NCBI GenBank assembly: GCA_963820525.1
Contig: CAWGAA010000001.1
Location: forward strand, 2,720,001 to 2,784,000
Reading direction: 5' to 3'
Length of the DNA stretch: 64,000 bases
DNA from: an uncultured Spirochaetota bacterium
GTDB taxonomy: Bacteria; Spirochaetota; Spirochaetia; SZUA-6; Fen-1364
Positions 20,018 through 28,941 of the stretch are shown here, piece after piece; within the stretch, counting starts at the first letter, position 1; each line of letters opens with the position of its first letter. The notes below the pieces were generated by a model. It did not search any database. It was not told the origin of the DNA and worked only from the letters and a program-made list of their open reading frames with translations. A program made the position numbers and the translations under genes.

Positions 20018-20922
20018 TCAGCGCGCGAGGGAGCCGAGGGCTATGGAGTAAAGCTTGTTCTCGGCAGAGTCGGCGCGTGATGTCACGACGATGGGCACCC
20101 GAGCGCCCACCACCAGCCCCGCTTCGACTGCATCGGCGAAGAACACCAGAGACTTGTACAGGATATTGGCTGCCTCGATGTCGGGAGCCAGGAGGATGTC
20201 TGCGCGGCCGGCCAGTTCGCTTGAAATCCCCTTTCGCCGCGCGGCTTCTTCGCTCACCGCGTTGTCCAGGGCGAGGGTCCTTCCACCCTTCCTCCCGTGA
20301 TCTGCCCGCGCTCCGCCATCTTGGAAAGGCATGCCGCATCCAGCGTGGCGGGCATGGAGGGGTTCACGGTCTCAAGGGCGCAGAGCACCGCGACCACGGG
20401 GGATGCGATGCCCAACCTGTGCGCCAGATCGATCGCGTTCTGCGCGATCTCGGCCTTCTGTTGAAGGGTGGGGGCGATCACGAGCGCTGCGTCCGTGATC
20501 ATGAGAAACCTCTCCGCGAACCGCCGTGAGACGGGAACGAGGAACACCCCGACGTGGGACAGTGTCCGTCCGCATCCTATCCCCGCGTTCTTGTCCAGCG
20601 CTGCGTGGAGAAGCTCGGCGGTCTGGAGCATTCCCTTCACCAGCACATCCCCCTCGCCCCGGGCGATGAGGCGGACCGCTTCAGCGGCCGCTTCGCCTTT
20701 CGAGGGAGGCTCCACGATCCGATAGGAGGAGAGCTGGATGCCGAGGCCTGCCGCCGCCGCTTCGATCTCGGGGCGGGAACCGACAAGAACGGGATTCGCG
20801 ATCCCCTTGATGCGCGCCTCTTCCATGGCCTTGAGGATGGACTCATCCGCGGCCTGAGCGACTACCGGGCGGCAGGCGCCCTTCAGCCGCGCGGCTTCCA
20901 GGATCTCGGAGAAGTTTTTCAT
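20018..20922 (-). CDS. ptb: Phosphate butyryltransferase / phosphate acyltransferase, frameshifted near 20275
   Basis: [14 protein letters not shown], then [12 protein letters not shown] across a missing [16 protein letters not shown]. Confidence 0.85.
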
Positions 20923-20929
20923 GGAAGAG

Positions 20930-20958
20930 ACTATAGCACGGCTCAGGTTGGCGGGCAA
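20930..20958 (-). promoter_or_regulatory. Promoter of the ptb(-metE-yitJ) unit, leaderless spacing
   Basis: TTGCCC-N17-TATAGT with extended TG, 7 nt before ATG. Confidence 0.6.
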
Positions 20959-20986
20959 AATAAAAGCCGGTCTATGCCGGCTTTTA
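20957..20986 (-). terminator. Intrinsic terminator, potentially bidirectional
   Basis: TAAAAGCCGG-N6-CCGGCTTTTA followed by TTTT on the minus strand. Confidence 0.75.
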
Positions 20987-21064
20987 CGAAACCCGACCAC
21001 GTCTGCCGCCTTTGGCGACGACGGGCTCGGATTCATTGTTTGAAGAGGGCAATCCCTCATCCAT
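20957..21064 (-). ncRNA. Candidate structured small RNA, or leaderless 26-aa ORF at 20984-21064
   Basis: Near-consensus promoter TTGACA-N17-TACATT at 21070-21098, two hairpins, then the terminator; family not recognised. Confidence 0.4.
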
Positions 21065-21129
21065 CAATCAATGTATCCCCGCGGACGGCTGCTGTCAAGG
21101 GAAAGCAGCATCTCGATGACCGCCCTCGA

Positions 21130-21146
21130 TGCCGGCGGTCGGACTT
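21130..21146 (-). repeat. 17-bp exact copy of the tRNA-Leu 3' end (att-like)
   Basis: tgccggcggtcggactt is identical to 25121-25137. Confidence 0.85.
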
Positions 21147-21213
21147 CCGTAGACGCCACGCTGCCACGATTCCCGGAAGCATCCACCGGCGAGTCTGTGC
21201 TATTCTCGGGATC

Positions 21214-22152
21214 ATGAAAATAGACCGTCTGCTCTCCATCGTTGTCATGATGCTCACTAGAGACCGGATCCCGGCCGCGGAGTTGGCCAGGAGGTTCGAG
21301 GTGTCGGTGCGCACGATCTATCGCGACGTCGACGCCATCAACCTGGCGGGAATTCCCATTGTCTCCTTCCAGGGAAACAGCGGCGGGCTGGGAATCCACG
21401 AGAGCTACAAGCTTGATCGCCAGGTGCTCACGCTTTCGGATATGGTGTCCATCCTTTCGGCATTGCGCAGCATCTCGGCGGCTTTCGAGTCGACGGAGCT
21501 GGAATCGGCCCTGGATAAGGTGCAGAGCCTCGTGCCAAAGGAAAAACGAACGGAAGTGGACGAGCTGCAGGACCAGATCGTTGTGGACATCCTCCCATGG
21601 GGGTATCGCGCGCGGGAGAAAGAGCTCATGAAGGACCTTCATCGGGCGCTCCGCGGCAAGCGATTGACCGGCATTACGTACCGGTCATACGGCGGGCAGG
21701 CAACCGCCCGCGTCGTGGAGCCCATGACACTGGTGTACAAAGGCTCGGGATGGTATCTCTACGGGTTCTGCCGGATGCGCGCGGATTACCGGTTATTCCG
21801 GGTTTCGCGAATTCAGGAGCTCGAGATCAAGGGAGAGACATTCACGCGCAAGTCCAGATCGTACGTCCGGTTTTCCAACCCGTCCATCCCGATGAAGACC
21901 ATGGCCCTCACCCTCAGGTGCTCGCCGCGGGTCGCCGCCTCTTTTGAAGACTACCTGGAGCCCGAGAGGATCGTTCCTGACGGCGAGAAGGTGCGCGTAA
22001 CGGCGGAATGGCCGGACGACGCATGGACGTATTCGATGCTGCTGGGCATGGGCGCGGATGCCGAAGTACTCGAGCCGCAAGAGGTGAGGCGGGAGCTCTC
22101 GCGCAGGGTTCGCCTGATGGCGGAAAAATACCATGACGATTTTCAAACCTGA
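21214..22152 (+). CDS. YafY-family HTH-WYL transcriptional regulator
   Basis: MKIDRLLSI, FEVSVRTIYRD HTH, RVVEP, GWYLYG, YRLFRVSRI. Confidence 0.93.
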   Translation: MKIDRLLSIVVMMLTRDRIPAAELARRFEVSVRTIYRDVDAINLAGIPIVSFQGNSGGLGIHESYKLDRQVLTLSDMVSILSALRSISAAFESTELESALDKVQSLVPKEKRTEVDELQDQIVVDILPWGYRAREKELMKDLHRALRGKRLTGITYRSYGGQATARVVEPMTLVYKGSGWYLYGFCRMRADYRLFRVSRIQELEIKGETFTRKSRSYVRFSNPSIPMKTMALTLRCSPRVAASFEDYLEPERIVPDGEKVRVTAEWPDDAWTYSMLLGMGADAEVLEPQEVRRELSRRVRLMAEKYHDDFQT

Positions 22153-22182
22153 CATACCCCCGTCACAAGGGCGCGTTATGAT
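22150..22182 (+). promoter_or_regulatory. Candidate WYL-regulator site and -10 box of the GyrI-like gene
   Basis: TGAC-N8-GTCA inverted repeat at 22150-22165, 11 nt upstream of TATGAT. Confidence 0.5.
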
Positions 22183-22232
22183 TGGCCTCATATCAGGGGC
22201 GATCGAGCGGTCCGCCCCGGGAGGTTGTTGAA

Positions 22233-22889
22233 ATGAAAGCGTTGCTGATTGTCGGTATCGTGGTCGTGGCGCTCGTCCTGGCAGGCGGCGTCGTTTTTCT
22301 CCTGTTCATGAGAGGGCCCGATTTATCAAGGTATGAATCGCTTCGCGACCCACGGATATCCGCGCGAAAGAACGTGAGAATGATCGAAGTTGCGTTCCGG
22401 GGAAAACCGGATAAAGTTCTCATGAGCGCGTTCGGCCTTCTTTTCAAGACATATTTCGCGCTGCCGGGCGTGCCCAAGGGGCCGGGCCAGCCCGCGCCCA
22501 TCGCCCGCTTCAAGGGGTTCGAGGGTCTGCCGAAGGATCCCGCGGAACGCGCCAAGGCGCTCGAGGCCTTTTCCGACCGGGATTGGCAGGGAGCGGTCGG
22601 GCTGCCGGTTCCCGAAACCGTCACGTCTCTGCCGCGCGTGGAGAACACGACCCAGTTCGAGGTGAAGTTGACCACCTGGGAATACGGCGAGGTGGCGGAG
22701 ATACTCCACGTCGGCAGGTACGAGACCGAGGTTCCGACAATCGCGAGGCTTGACGAGTACATCCAAAGCCAAGGCTACGCCATCGCGGGCGAACATGAAG
22801 AAGAGTACCTGCGTGGGCCCGGCGTGCCGATGGCCAAGCCGGAGAGCTACTACACGATCATCCGGTATCCCGTGAAGAGAACGCGCTAG
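22233..22889 (+). CDS. GyrI-like small-molecule-binding protein with N-terminal membrane anchor
   Basis: Hydrophobic N-terminus; ILHVGRYETE...HEEEYLRGP...TIIRYPV. Confidence 0.8.
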   Translation: MKALLIVGIVVVALVLAGGVVFLLFMRGPDLSRYESLRDPRISARKNVRMIEVAFRGKPDKVLMSAFGLLFKTYFALPGVPKGPGQPAPIARFKGFEGLPKDPAERAKALEAFSDRDWQGAVGLPVPETVTSLPRVENTTQFEVKLTTWEYGEVAEILHVGRYETEVPTIARLDEYIQSQGYAIAGEHEEEYLRGPGVPMAKPESYYTIIRYPVKRTR

Positions 22890-23106
22890 ATGCATAAGAG
22901 GTGAGGGCCGCCCGCACAGGCGCGGCCCCTTCGCTTGCGCGTCCCGGGGCGGTCTCGACGCAGGGCCTAGTTACCCCCACGAAGACGGTTTCCTACGTTA
23001 CATTTGGGAGTGATGGAGAGGAGGGTCTCATATGGCCGACACAACAAAGACCCAGAAGAAGCGCGAAGGGACACAAGCGCGCGAGAATAGCACGGCAGGA
23101 GGCAGC

Positions 23107-23583
23107 ATGCACACGCAAAAGGTCACCACGTTCTTGACGTTCAAGGACCGAGGAGAAGAGGCAGTGAAATTCTACGTCTCCCTTTTCAAGAATTCGAAGA
23201 TCGTAAGGATTGTTCGCAGTGAACAGGAAGGGCCGGTAGCGAAGGGCGCGCTGCTGCATGCGGCATTCCAGCTCGAAGGGCAACAATTCATGGCGATGGA
23301 CGGCGGCCCGTATTTCGCTTTTGCACAGGGAGTTTCGCTCTTCGTGAACTGCGGGACTCAGGAAGAAGTAGACTGGCTGTGGGAGAAGCTCTCCGAAGGC
23401 GGAGAAAAACAACGGTGCGGCTGGCTCAAGGACAAATACGGTGTGTCGTGGCAGATTATCCCCTCTGCTTTGGGCGAGTTGATGGGTGACGGGAAATCTG
23501 CGCGATCAAGAAAGGTCATGGAAGCAATGCTCACGATGGACAAGATTGACATCAAAGACCTGCAACAGGCATATGAGCAGTGA
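23107..23583 (+). CDS. VOC / PhnB-like (3-demethylubiquinone-9 methyltransferase family) protein
   Basis: FMAMDGGP, SLFVNC, CGWLKDKYGVSWQI; an alternative in-frame start at 23032 also has an SD. Confidence 0.9.
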   Translation: MHTQKVTTFLTFKDRGEEAVKFYVSLFKNSKIVRIVRSEQEGPVAKGALLHAAFQLEGQQFMAMDGGPYFAFAQGVSLFVNCGTQEEVDWLWEKLSEGGEKQRCGWLKDKYGVSWQIIPSALGELMGDGKSARSRKVMEAMLTMDKIDIKDLQQAYEQ

Positions 23584-23594
23584 CAGGGCTTGGT

Positions 23595-23643
23595 TCGGAC
23601 TTGAACCGACACGGAGGTTGCCCCCCCACCAGATTGAGTCTGG
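23595..23643 (-). repeat. Degenerate partial copy of tRNA-Leu (anticodon stem through T arm), att-like
   Basis: Matches 25130-25179 except one extra C and a 2-nt deletion in the anticodon loop. Confidence 0.9.
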
Positions 23644-23713
23644 TTCACGAGTCTTTCTCCCTTTTTCGGCGCCAACAGCACGGCGGCTGGGCATGATGTC
23701 AGACGGATGTAGA

Positions 23714-24904
23714 TTAGTATAGCTTTAGCTCAAGCAATAGTACGTTTCCATCTTTTATCGGCAGGCGATAGAGAGTGGCATGATAGTTGTTGCTATATCC
23801 AACGTCAATTTCCGCATTACTGATAAGCAACGGGATATTCTTGAGGGCGATTTTTACGCTATAACCGAATACGCCTTGCGGAAAAATATCTTTCGAATAT
23901 GACAGTCCGCCATTCAAAGCGATGCCAAAATGCCTCGTTTTATTCTCATTCGACAACTCGTTTTTGTATTGTTGTCCTTTATCTCCAAACAGATAGAGGG
24001 AAATATCGGCGACAATGTAATCCAGGTTTTGCTTGTCGAGGTTGAAATAGAGCTCGTAGCTGAATTTGATGAAATCAAGTGGAGAAATAGCATAATGCCT
24101 ATATCCCAGTTGTTTGATATTCATGAAATCGAAGTAATTAAATCCGGGGACAAGCAATCCCAAAAAATCTCGCACATTGATATCCAATCCCGGAATGAAT
24201 AGTCTGAGCAAGTCGGCAACACTGAATTCATACCTGAACTCAAAAGCCTTGAATACGCTATCTTCCGTATCATAGACTATTTTGGAAGTGAAGCCGAATA
24301 AGAATAAATTCGCGAAGGCCTCCGTCTGCTCCTCTTCCGAGGTAACGAACCTGTTTATCTCATTATCAAAGGTATAAGAAAAGTATTCATTGTTATTGAC
24401 GTCTGAGGTTATTATTGGCAACCACCTCTTTATAAAGCCGCAATCAAGAGCAAAATTGTATTCACTCTCTTTGATTATTAGACAATAGATGCCATAATCA
24501 TAGCTGAAAACATCGTTATGACTGTCTGTCCAAATATTGTTGGCCAGCGCAATTCCGTTTCCCGCGGCAAAAATAGCGAGGCTGAAGGAGCTCGTTAGAT
24601 CAATACTCCAATAGAGACATCCGGTATATTGGCCCAATTCAAAATTTTTATTTCCTTGGGTCGTTGGCACTATAAATCGAGTATTAAGGATAGTCACCAG
24701 ATCGATATCAAAAAAGAACTTGTAACCATTGGCAGTTATTTCAGTATTATAATCATCAAAAGTCTGAATGATGTCGAGTGAAGTTTCCGATATCAATTTA
24801 AAACTTTCCGGTATTATCGCCAAATCTCCCATGAGATAGTGCGGATTTAGAAAAGCGAATAGGATGGATGATATAATACACATTTTATGCCGCATAATAT
24901 GCAC
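23714..24904 (-). CDS. AT-rich hypothetical exported protein, possibly an outer-membrane beta-barrel
   Basis: 396-aa ORF in AT-rich DNA, aromatic-rich alternating strands, C-terminus LLLELKLY; true start may be a slightly downstream Met. Confidence 0.7.
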   Translation of the reverse strand: MHIMRHKMCIISSILFAFLNPHYLMGDLAIIPESFKLISETSLDIIQTFDDYNTEITANGYKFFFDIDLVTILNTRFIVPTTQGNKNFELGQYTGCLYWSIDLTSSFSLAIFAAGNGIALANNIWTDSHNDVFSYDYGIYCLIIKESEYNFALDCGFIKRWLPIITSDVNNNEYFSYTFDNEINRFVTSEEEQTEAFANLFLFGFTSKIVYDTEDSVFKAFEFRYEFSVADLLRLFIPGLDINVRDFLGLLVPGFNYFDFMNIKQLGYRHYAISPLDFIKFSYELYFNLDKQNLDYIVADISLYLFGDKGQQYKNELSNENKTRHFGIALNGGLSYSKDIFPQGVFGYSVKIALKNIPLLISNAEIDVGYSNNYHATLYRLPIKDGNVLLLELKLY

Positions 24905-25120
24905 TCGCTGAACAGCTCACAATCTTATTGCACAACCGAACTTCATGCGCAATTAGCGATGATTATAGATCCCAAATGACTGTTGTCAATTCTTCATTCG
25001 GGGCGAACCATGATTGAAGTAATATTCCCAAGTATCAGACACATGATTTCGTCTCAGACTGCAGTTCAAGGCCGGTCTATTGATAGTTGCTAGTAAGTAT
25101 TTAATCTGTAGGTAATTATG

Positions 25121-25205
25121 TGCCGGCGGTCGGACTTGAACCGACACGGAGGTTGCCCCCCACCAGATTTTGAGTCTGGCATGTCTGCCATTTCATCACG
25201 CCGGC
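25121..25205 (-). tRNA. tRNA-Leu (CAA), CCA not encoded
   Basis: Acceptor GCCGGCG/CGCCGGC-A, anticodon arm CCAGA-CTCAAAA-TCTGG, long variable arm, GGTTCAAGTCC; upstream TTGACA-N18-TATCCT. Confidence 0.95.
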
Positions 25206-25415
25206 GCGCGGAAAAGGATATCCTTCCCGCGGCAAGGATGTCAACGAAGGCATGCGGCATAATGGCACCGGGAGCGCCGCACGTTGACGGAGCTGCGGAC
25301 GCCAACTGTTCCATTGGCCCCCCGTGCGGACGGTGCCGCGGCCGCTGACTGTTCGCGCGACGCTGAGCATCCCGCTCTTGATCATTGCGATGGTTTTCGC
25401 TACGTTTCCAAAACG

Positions 25416-25489
25416 GGGCCCATAGCTCAGTTGGTTAGAGCGACGGACTCATAATCCGTTGGTCCAAGGTTCAAGTCCTTGTGGGCCCA
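25416..25489 (+). tRNA. tRNA with CAT anticodon, most similar to tRNA-Ile2 (lysidine); CCA not encoded
   Basis: GGGCCCA/TGGGCCC-A, TAGCTCAGTTGGTTAGAGC, ACGGA-CTCATAA-TCCGT, GGTTCAAGTCC; upstream TTGATC-N17-TACGTT. Ile2 versus Met is inference. Confidence 0.9.
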
Positions 25490-25616
25490 GAGGATTTCCC
25501 CGCGGGGCACGGCGTCCCGCCTGTTATATAACGGTCATTTATTCCTCTTTTATCCTCCATTTATTGATTGCTGAAATCGTCCGGCGTACCATCTTTCCAA
25601 GAATGGAGGATCGACC

Positions 25617-26102
25617 ATGAAGAGAATCTTTCCTGTAGTCGCCCTATCCCTGCTCTTTATTCCCCTGATGGCATTTGCCCAGAATCAGCAGAGCCCCAAT
25701 GCGGCCGCGCTGAAGAAGCTCGGCTTGAGCGACGCGCAGGTGACCCAGGTGATGGATGTGCAGAAAAAAACGCAAGACCTGGTCCGGCAGGACAGCGTGA
25801 GCCTCCGCCTGATAAGAGACAAGATCGATCAGGCGCTGCTGCCCGCCAATCCCGACGTGAAGGCGGTGAACGGCCTCGTGGATCAGGCCGCGCAGACCAG
25901 GGCTGAGATGCAGAAGGCCCTGCTCGGAGCGAGGATCCAGCTGCGGCAGATCATGGGGGACGACAATTATCGCCAGTACATCCGTTCGTTTGGAAGATTC
26001 CATCGAAGGATGAACGGACCTGGCCCGCAAGGATTCAGGCGGGGAATGGGCGGAATGGACGGAAGGCAGGGGCCCGACCGTATGGGCGACGGGCAATTGT
26101 AA
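25617..26102 (+). CDS. Periplasmic helical Spy/CpxP- or ZraP-like protein
   Basis: Signal peptide ending AFA, LGLSDAQ motif, Gly/Met-rich tail; SD GGAGG. Confidence 0.75.
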   Translation: MKRIFPVVALSLLFIPLMAFAQNQQSPNAAALKKLGLSDAQVTQVMDVQKKTQDLVRQDSVSLRLIRDKIDQALLPANPDVKAVNGLVDQAAQTRAEMQKALLGARIQLRQIMGDDNYRQYIRSFGRFHRRMNGPGPQGFRRGMGGMDGRQGPDRMGDGQL

Positions 26103-26161
26103 ATGATGAGAGAAGTTCCGCGGGAGACCTGGCCGTCTCCCGCGCTTCTCCATGTGGTGCT

Positions 26162-26980
26162 CTAGACAAAAAGGAGAAAGAGCAGCCCCGCTGCCGCCGC
26201 CGCTGCAGCGGTGCTCGCCAGGTTTACGGCGTCGTTGGTAATGAAAGCAAATCCACGGACAAGCCTGTTGGCCACGCCTGCGCTCTTGCTCTTCTCCGTG
26301 AGCGCGCCCCCCTCGGCTGAGAGATACTGGGCCTGGATCGTGGCGCCGAGGAGGCTGTCTATGAGGCACCCGAAGAAGCCTGAAGCGGCAATCGGCAGGA
26401 AAAGCGCTGCAAATCGGGCGGGCACGAGGTCAGCGGCAAGATTTCCTGCCGCGAAGACAAAGGCAATGAAGAGGGCCCCGAAAAAAGCTGATGAGAATCC
26501 CAGGAGGCTTACCCCTCCCGAGATGCCGCGCGCCACCCTTTTCATTGTAATGATCGAAACCGGAGGCTTTTCCGCCAGAACCCCCAACTCTCCCGCCCAG
26601 GTGTCCGCGTTGGCGGCGGCAAGTGAAGCGACAAAGCAGACCGCCCATACGGGCCGGCCGGTTATTCTGAACAGAATGGCGCAGGTAGTGCCCACCCCTC
26701 CGTTGGCCAACACCTGAAGATAGTCGCGGCGCGAGCCTTTTTCCTGGATCTGCTCAAGCGCCTCTTTCTCGATTTTTCTATACAGGCTCATGCCCGTGGA
26801 GGAGAGAAAGAACGCGATCAGCACTGCCCAAAAGAGAAACCCGCCGGAGGCGAAGATGAGCGCGCCCACGAGCGTTCCAGCCGCTGCCCCGCCGGCGTCC
26901 ACCGCGCCGCGGCGCATTGCCAAGATTGCCGCGGCGGCATTGAGGAGAAGCCCGATGGCGAAAAGCAGCGGCACGCTCAT
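26162..26980 (-). CDS. DUF92 (TMEM19/VTE6-like) membrane protein
   Basis: RDYLQVLANG, ADTWAGELG, GISGGVSLLG, DSLLGATIQ, NDAVN. Confidence 0.9.
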   Translation of the reverse strand: MSVPLLFAIGLLLNAAAAILAMRRGAVDAGGAAAGTLVGALIFASGGFLFWAVLIAFFLSSTGMSLYRKIEKEALEQIQEKGSRRDYLQVLANGGVGTTCAILFRITGRPVWAVCFVASLAAANADTWAGELGVLAEKPPVSIITMKRVARGISGGVSLLGFSSAFFGALFIAFVFAAGNLAADLVPARFAALFLPIAASGFFGCLIDSLLGATIQAQYLSAEGGALTEKSKSAGVANRLVRGFAFITNDAVNLASTAAAAAAAGLLFLLFV

Positions 26981-27663
26981 GGGAAGAGCGCCCATGAGAA
27001 AAACGCCGTGGCGAGAGGGACCGTGAGATTATCGAGCCTGAAGGGCGTGAAAAGCTCTACGATCGATGCGACGGAGGCGATCAAGGCCGCGTGCCCCGCC
27101 GCCGCGGCCGGGCTCGGGGAGCAAGGGTTTGCCAGAAAGTCGAAGGCGAATGCGACGGCAAAGGAAGCCGCGAACATGGCGCCGGAACCGGCCAGGGTCT
27201 TTCGCGTCCCGGGGATTCTCGGGCTGCGCACCGCGAGGCTTTCGCCCACAAGAGCCGCGAGACCGTCGCCCCAGCCCATGATGAGCACGGCCAGCCCGCC
27301 TATCCAGAACGGCATGATCCTGCTCCAGCAGAGGATCACCAGGAGGAGCAGGGATATGGGGAACCAGATGGTGCCCCAGTCGCGGCGTCCGGCTGAGGGC
27401 GCCATGGCGGGGAGGAGATTGAAGCGCAAGGCAAGGGAGTTTATCAGGATAAAGCTCGCGGGGCCTATCGCGGCGAACAGAGGGCTGTCGAACATCGCCA
27501 TTGCGAGGAGCCACCAGTTGCTCACCCCGATGTGGATGATCTTCCGCGAGGAGGACGCGCTGATGAGGCCTCCCCGAAGAAGGAGCGTGCACAGCGCAAT
27601 GACGAGAGAGACAAACAGATACGACGCGGCGAGCCCGATCCAGTTCAGCGCGTGTTTCGACAT
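26977..27663 (-). CDS. CTP-dependent polyprenol (phytol/dolichol) kinase family membrane protein
   Basis: SRKIIHIG, GWGDGLAALVG, KTLAGS, LDNLTVP; 4-nt overlap with DUF92. Confidence 0.85.
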   Translation of the reverse strand: MSKHALNWIGLAASYLFVSLVIALCTLLLRGGLISASSSRKIIHIGVSNWWLLAMAMFDSPLFAAIGPASFILINSLALRFNLLPAMAPSAGRRDWGTIWFPISLLLLVILCWSRIMPFWIGGLAVLIMGWGDGLAALVGESLAVRSPRIPGTRKTLAGSGAMFAASFAVAFAFDFLANPCSPSPAAAAGHAALIASVASIVELFTPFRLDNLTVPLATAFFSWALFP

Positions 27664-27796
27664 CGAGCCAATACTAACGATATTCGAAGGGTTGGTTCAA
27701 TCCGAGGGAGGGATTGCGCGGGCAAAGCACCACGGCGGCCGGGCGCGGGCCGCTACACGCCCCGCCCTCCCTGTGCTATAGTTCGCTCCTAGGAGT

Positions 27797-28927
27797 ATGG
27801 CCAGAGAACGTGATCCCGTGAAAAATGCCCGCCGCATCGTCATCAAGGTCGGAACGCGAGTTGCGACCCGCGGGGACAATGCGTTTTCCTCCGACGTCGT
27901 CGGCCCCCTGGTGCGCCAGATCGCGGCCCTGGGAGGGGAGAAGCGGTCATTCATCATCGTGAGCTCGGGAGCCATCGCCCTGGGCCTGAACCGCATGGGC
28001 CTCGATTCGCGGCCCACCGACATCAGCCTCCTCCAGGCGGCCGCCGCAATGGGCCAGAGCAGGCTGATGCACGCCTACGAGAAGGAGTTCGAAGCGATCC
28101 AGCGGGAGACGGCCCAGATCCTTCTCACCTATGAAGACATCAGGAACAGGGGCAAGTACCTCAACATCCGGAACACGATCTTCACCCTCTGGTCCTACGG
28201 CGTGGTGCCCATCGTCAACGAGAACGACACGGTCTCCTTCGCGGAGATCCGCTTCGGAGACAATGACGTCATTTCGGCGCACCTGGCGAGCATGCTCGAC
28301 GCGGATCTTCTGGTGGTGCTTACCGATACCGACGGCGTCTATGACCGGAACCCCAAGATCCATGCCGACGCCCGGCCCGTGAGGACCGTGGAACGGGTGA
28401 CGGAGAAGATCCTCGCCGCGGCCGACGGGAAGGGCTCGGTCTTCTCCACGGGCGGCATGGAGTCCAAAATCCGCGCCGCCGATATCGCCACGCGAAGCGG
28501 AGTGGCGGTGATCATCGCCAGGGGGGAAGACCTGGATCTGGGTCTGCTCCTCGGCGGCGGGGAGGTCGGCACCTATTTTGTTCCCGCCCAGCGCAGGATG
28601 AAGGGCAAGAAGAAATGGATGGCCTTCAATCCTCAGACCGAGGGGGCCATCATTGTGGACGGGGGAGCCGAAAAAGCCATTCTCCAGCACGGCCGCTCCC
28701 TCCTGCCCGCGGGGGTGAAGGACGCCAGGGGAAGCTTCCACATGGGCAGCATGGTCTCCATCCAGAGCGAAAGCGGGAGGGAGATAGCGCGGGGGCTCGT
28801 CAATTTCTCCAGCGAGGAGATGCTGAAGATCCGGGGGCTCAATTCGCGGAAGATCCCCGAGGTGCTCGGCGTGGAGGCCTCCTTCCAGGAGGTGGTCCAC
28901 CGCGATAACCTCGTGATCGTCGTCTAA
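27797..28927 (+). CDS. proB: Glutamate 5-kinase (with PUA domain)
   Basis: VIKVGT, VSSGAIA, PIVNENDTV, FGDND, TGGMESK, VVHRDNL. Confidence 0.97.
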   Translation: MARERDPVKNARRIVIKVGTRVATRGDNAFSSDVVGPLVRQIAALGGEKRSFIIVSSGAIALGLNRMGLDSRPTDISLLQAAAAMGQSRLMHAYEKEFEAIQRETAQILLTYEDIRNRGKYLNIRNTIFTLWSYGVVPIVNENDTVSFAEIRFGDNDVISAHLASMLDADLLVVLTDTDGVYDRNPKIHADARPVRTVERVTEKILAAADGKGSVFSTGGMESKIRAADIATRSGVAVIIARGEDLDLGLLLGGGEVGTYFVPAQRRMKGKKKWMAFNPQTEGAIIVDGGAEKAILQHGRSLLPAGVKDARGSFHMGSMVSIQSESGREIARGLVNFSSEEMLKIRGLNSRKIPEVLGVEASFQEVVHRDNLVIVV

Positions 28928-28941
28928 CAGGAGCTTGAGAA

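Noticed and set aside
21040..21062. GAGGGATTGCCC resembling the SAM-I riboswitch P2 motif upstream of methionine genes
   Set aside because: The other SAM-I elements (ATC..GAG P1, GCAACC, GGTGC..ATTCC) are not present
23590..23660. Possible second functional tRNA, since the minus-strand copy is followed by ACCA
   Set aside because: No D arm or acceptor stem, and the anticodon loop is 2 nt short; treated as an att remnant
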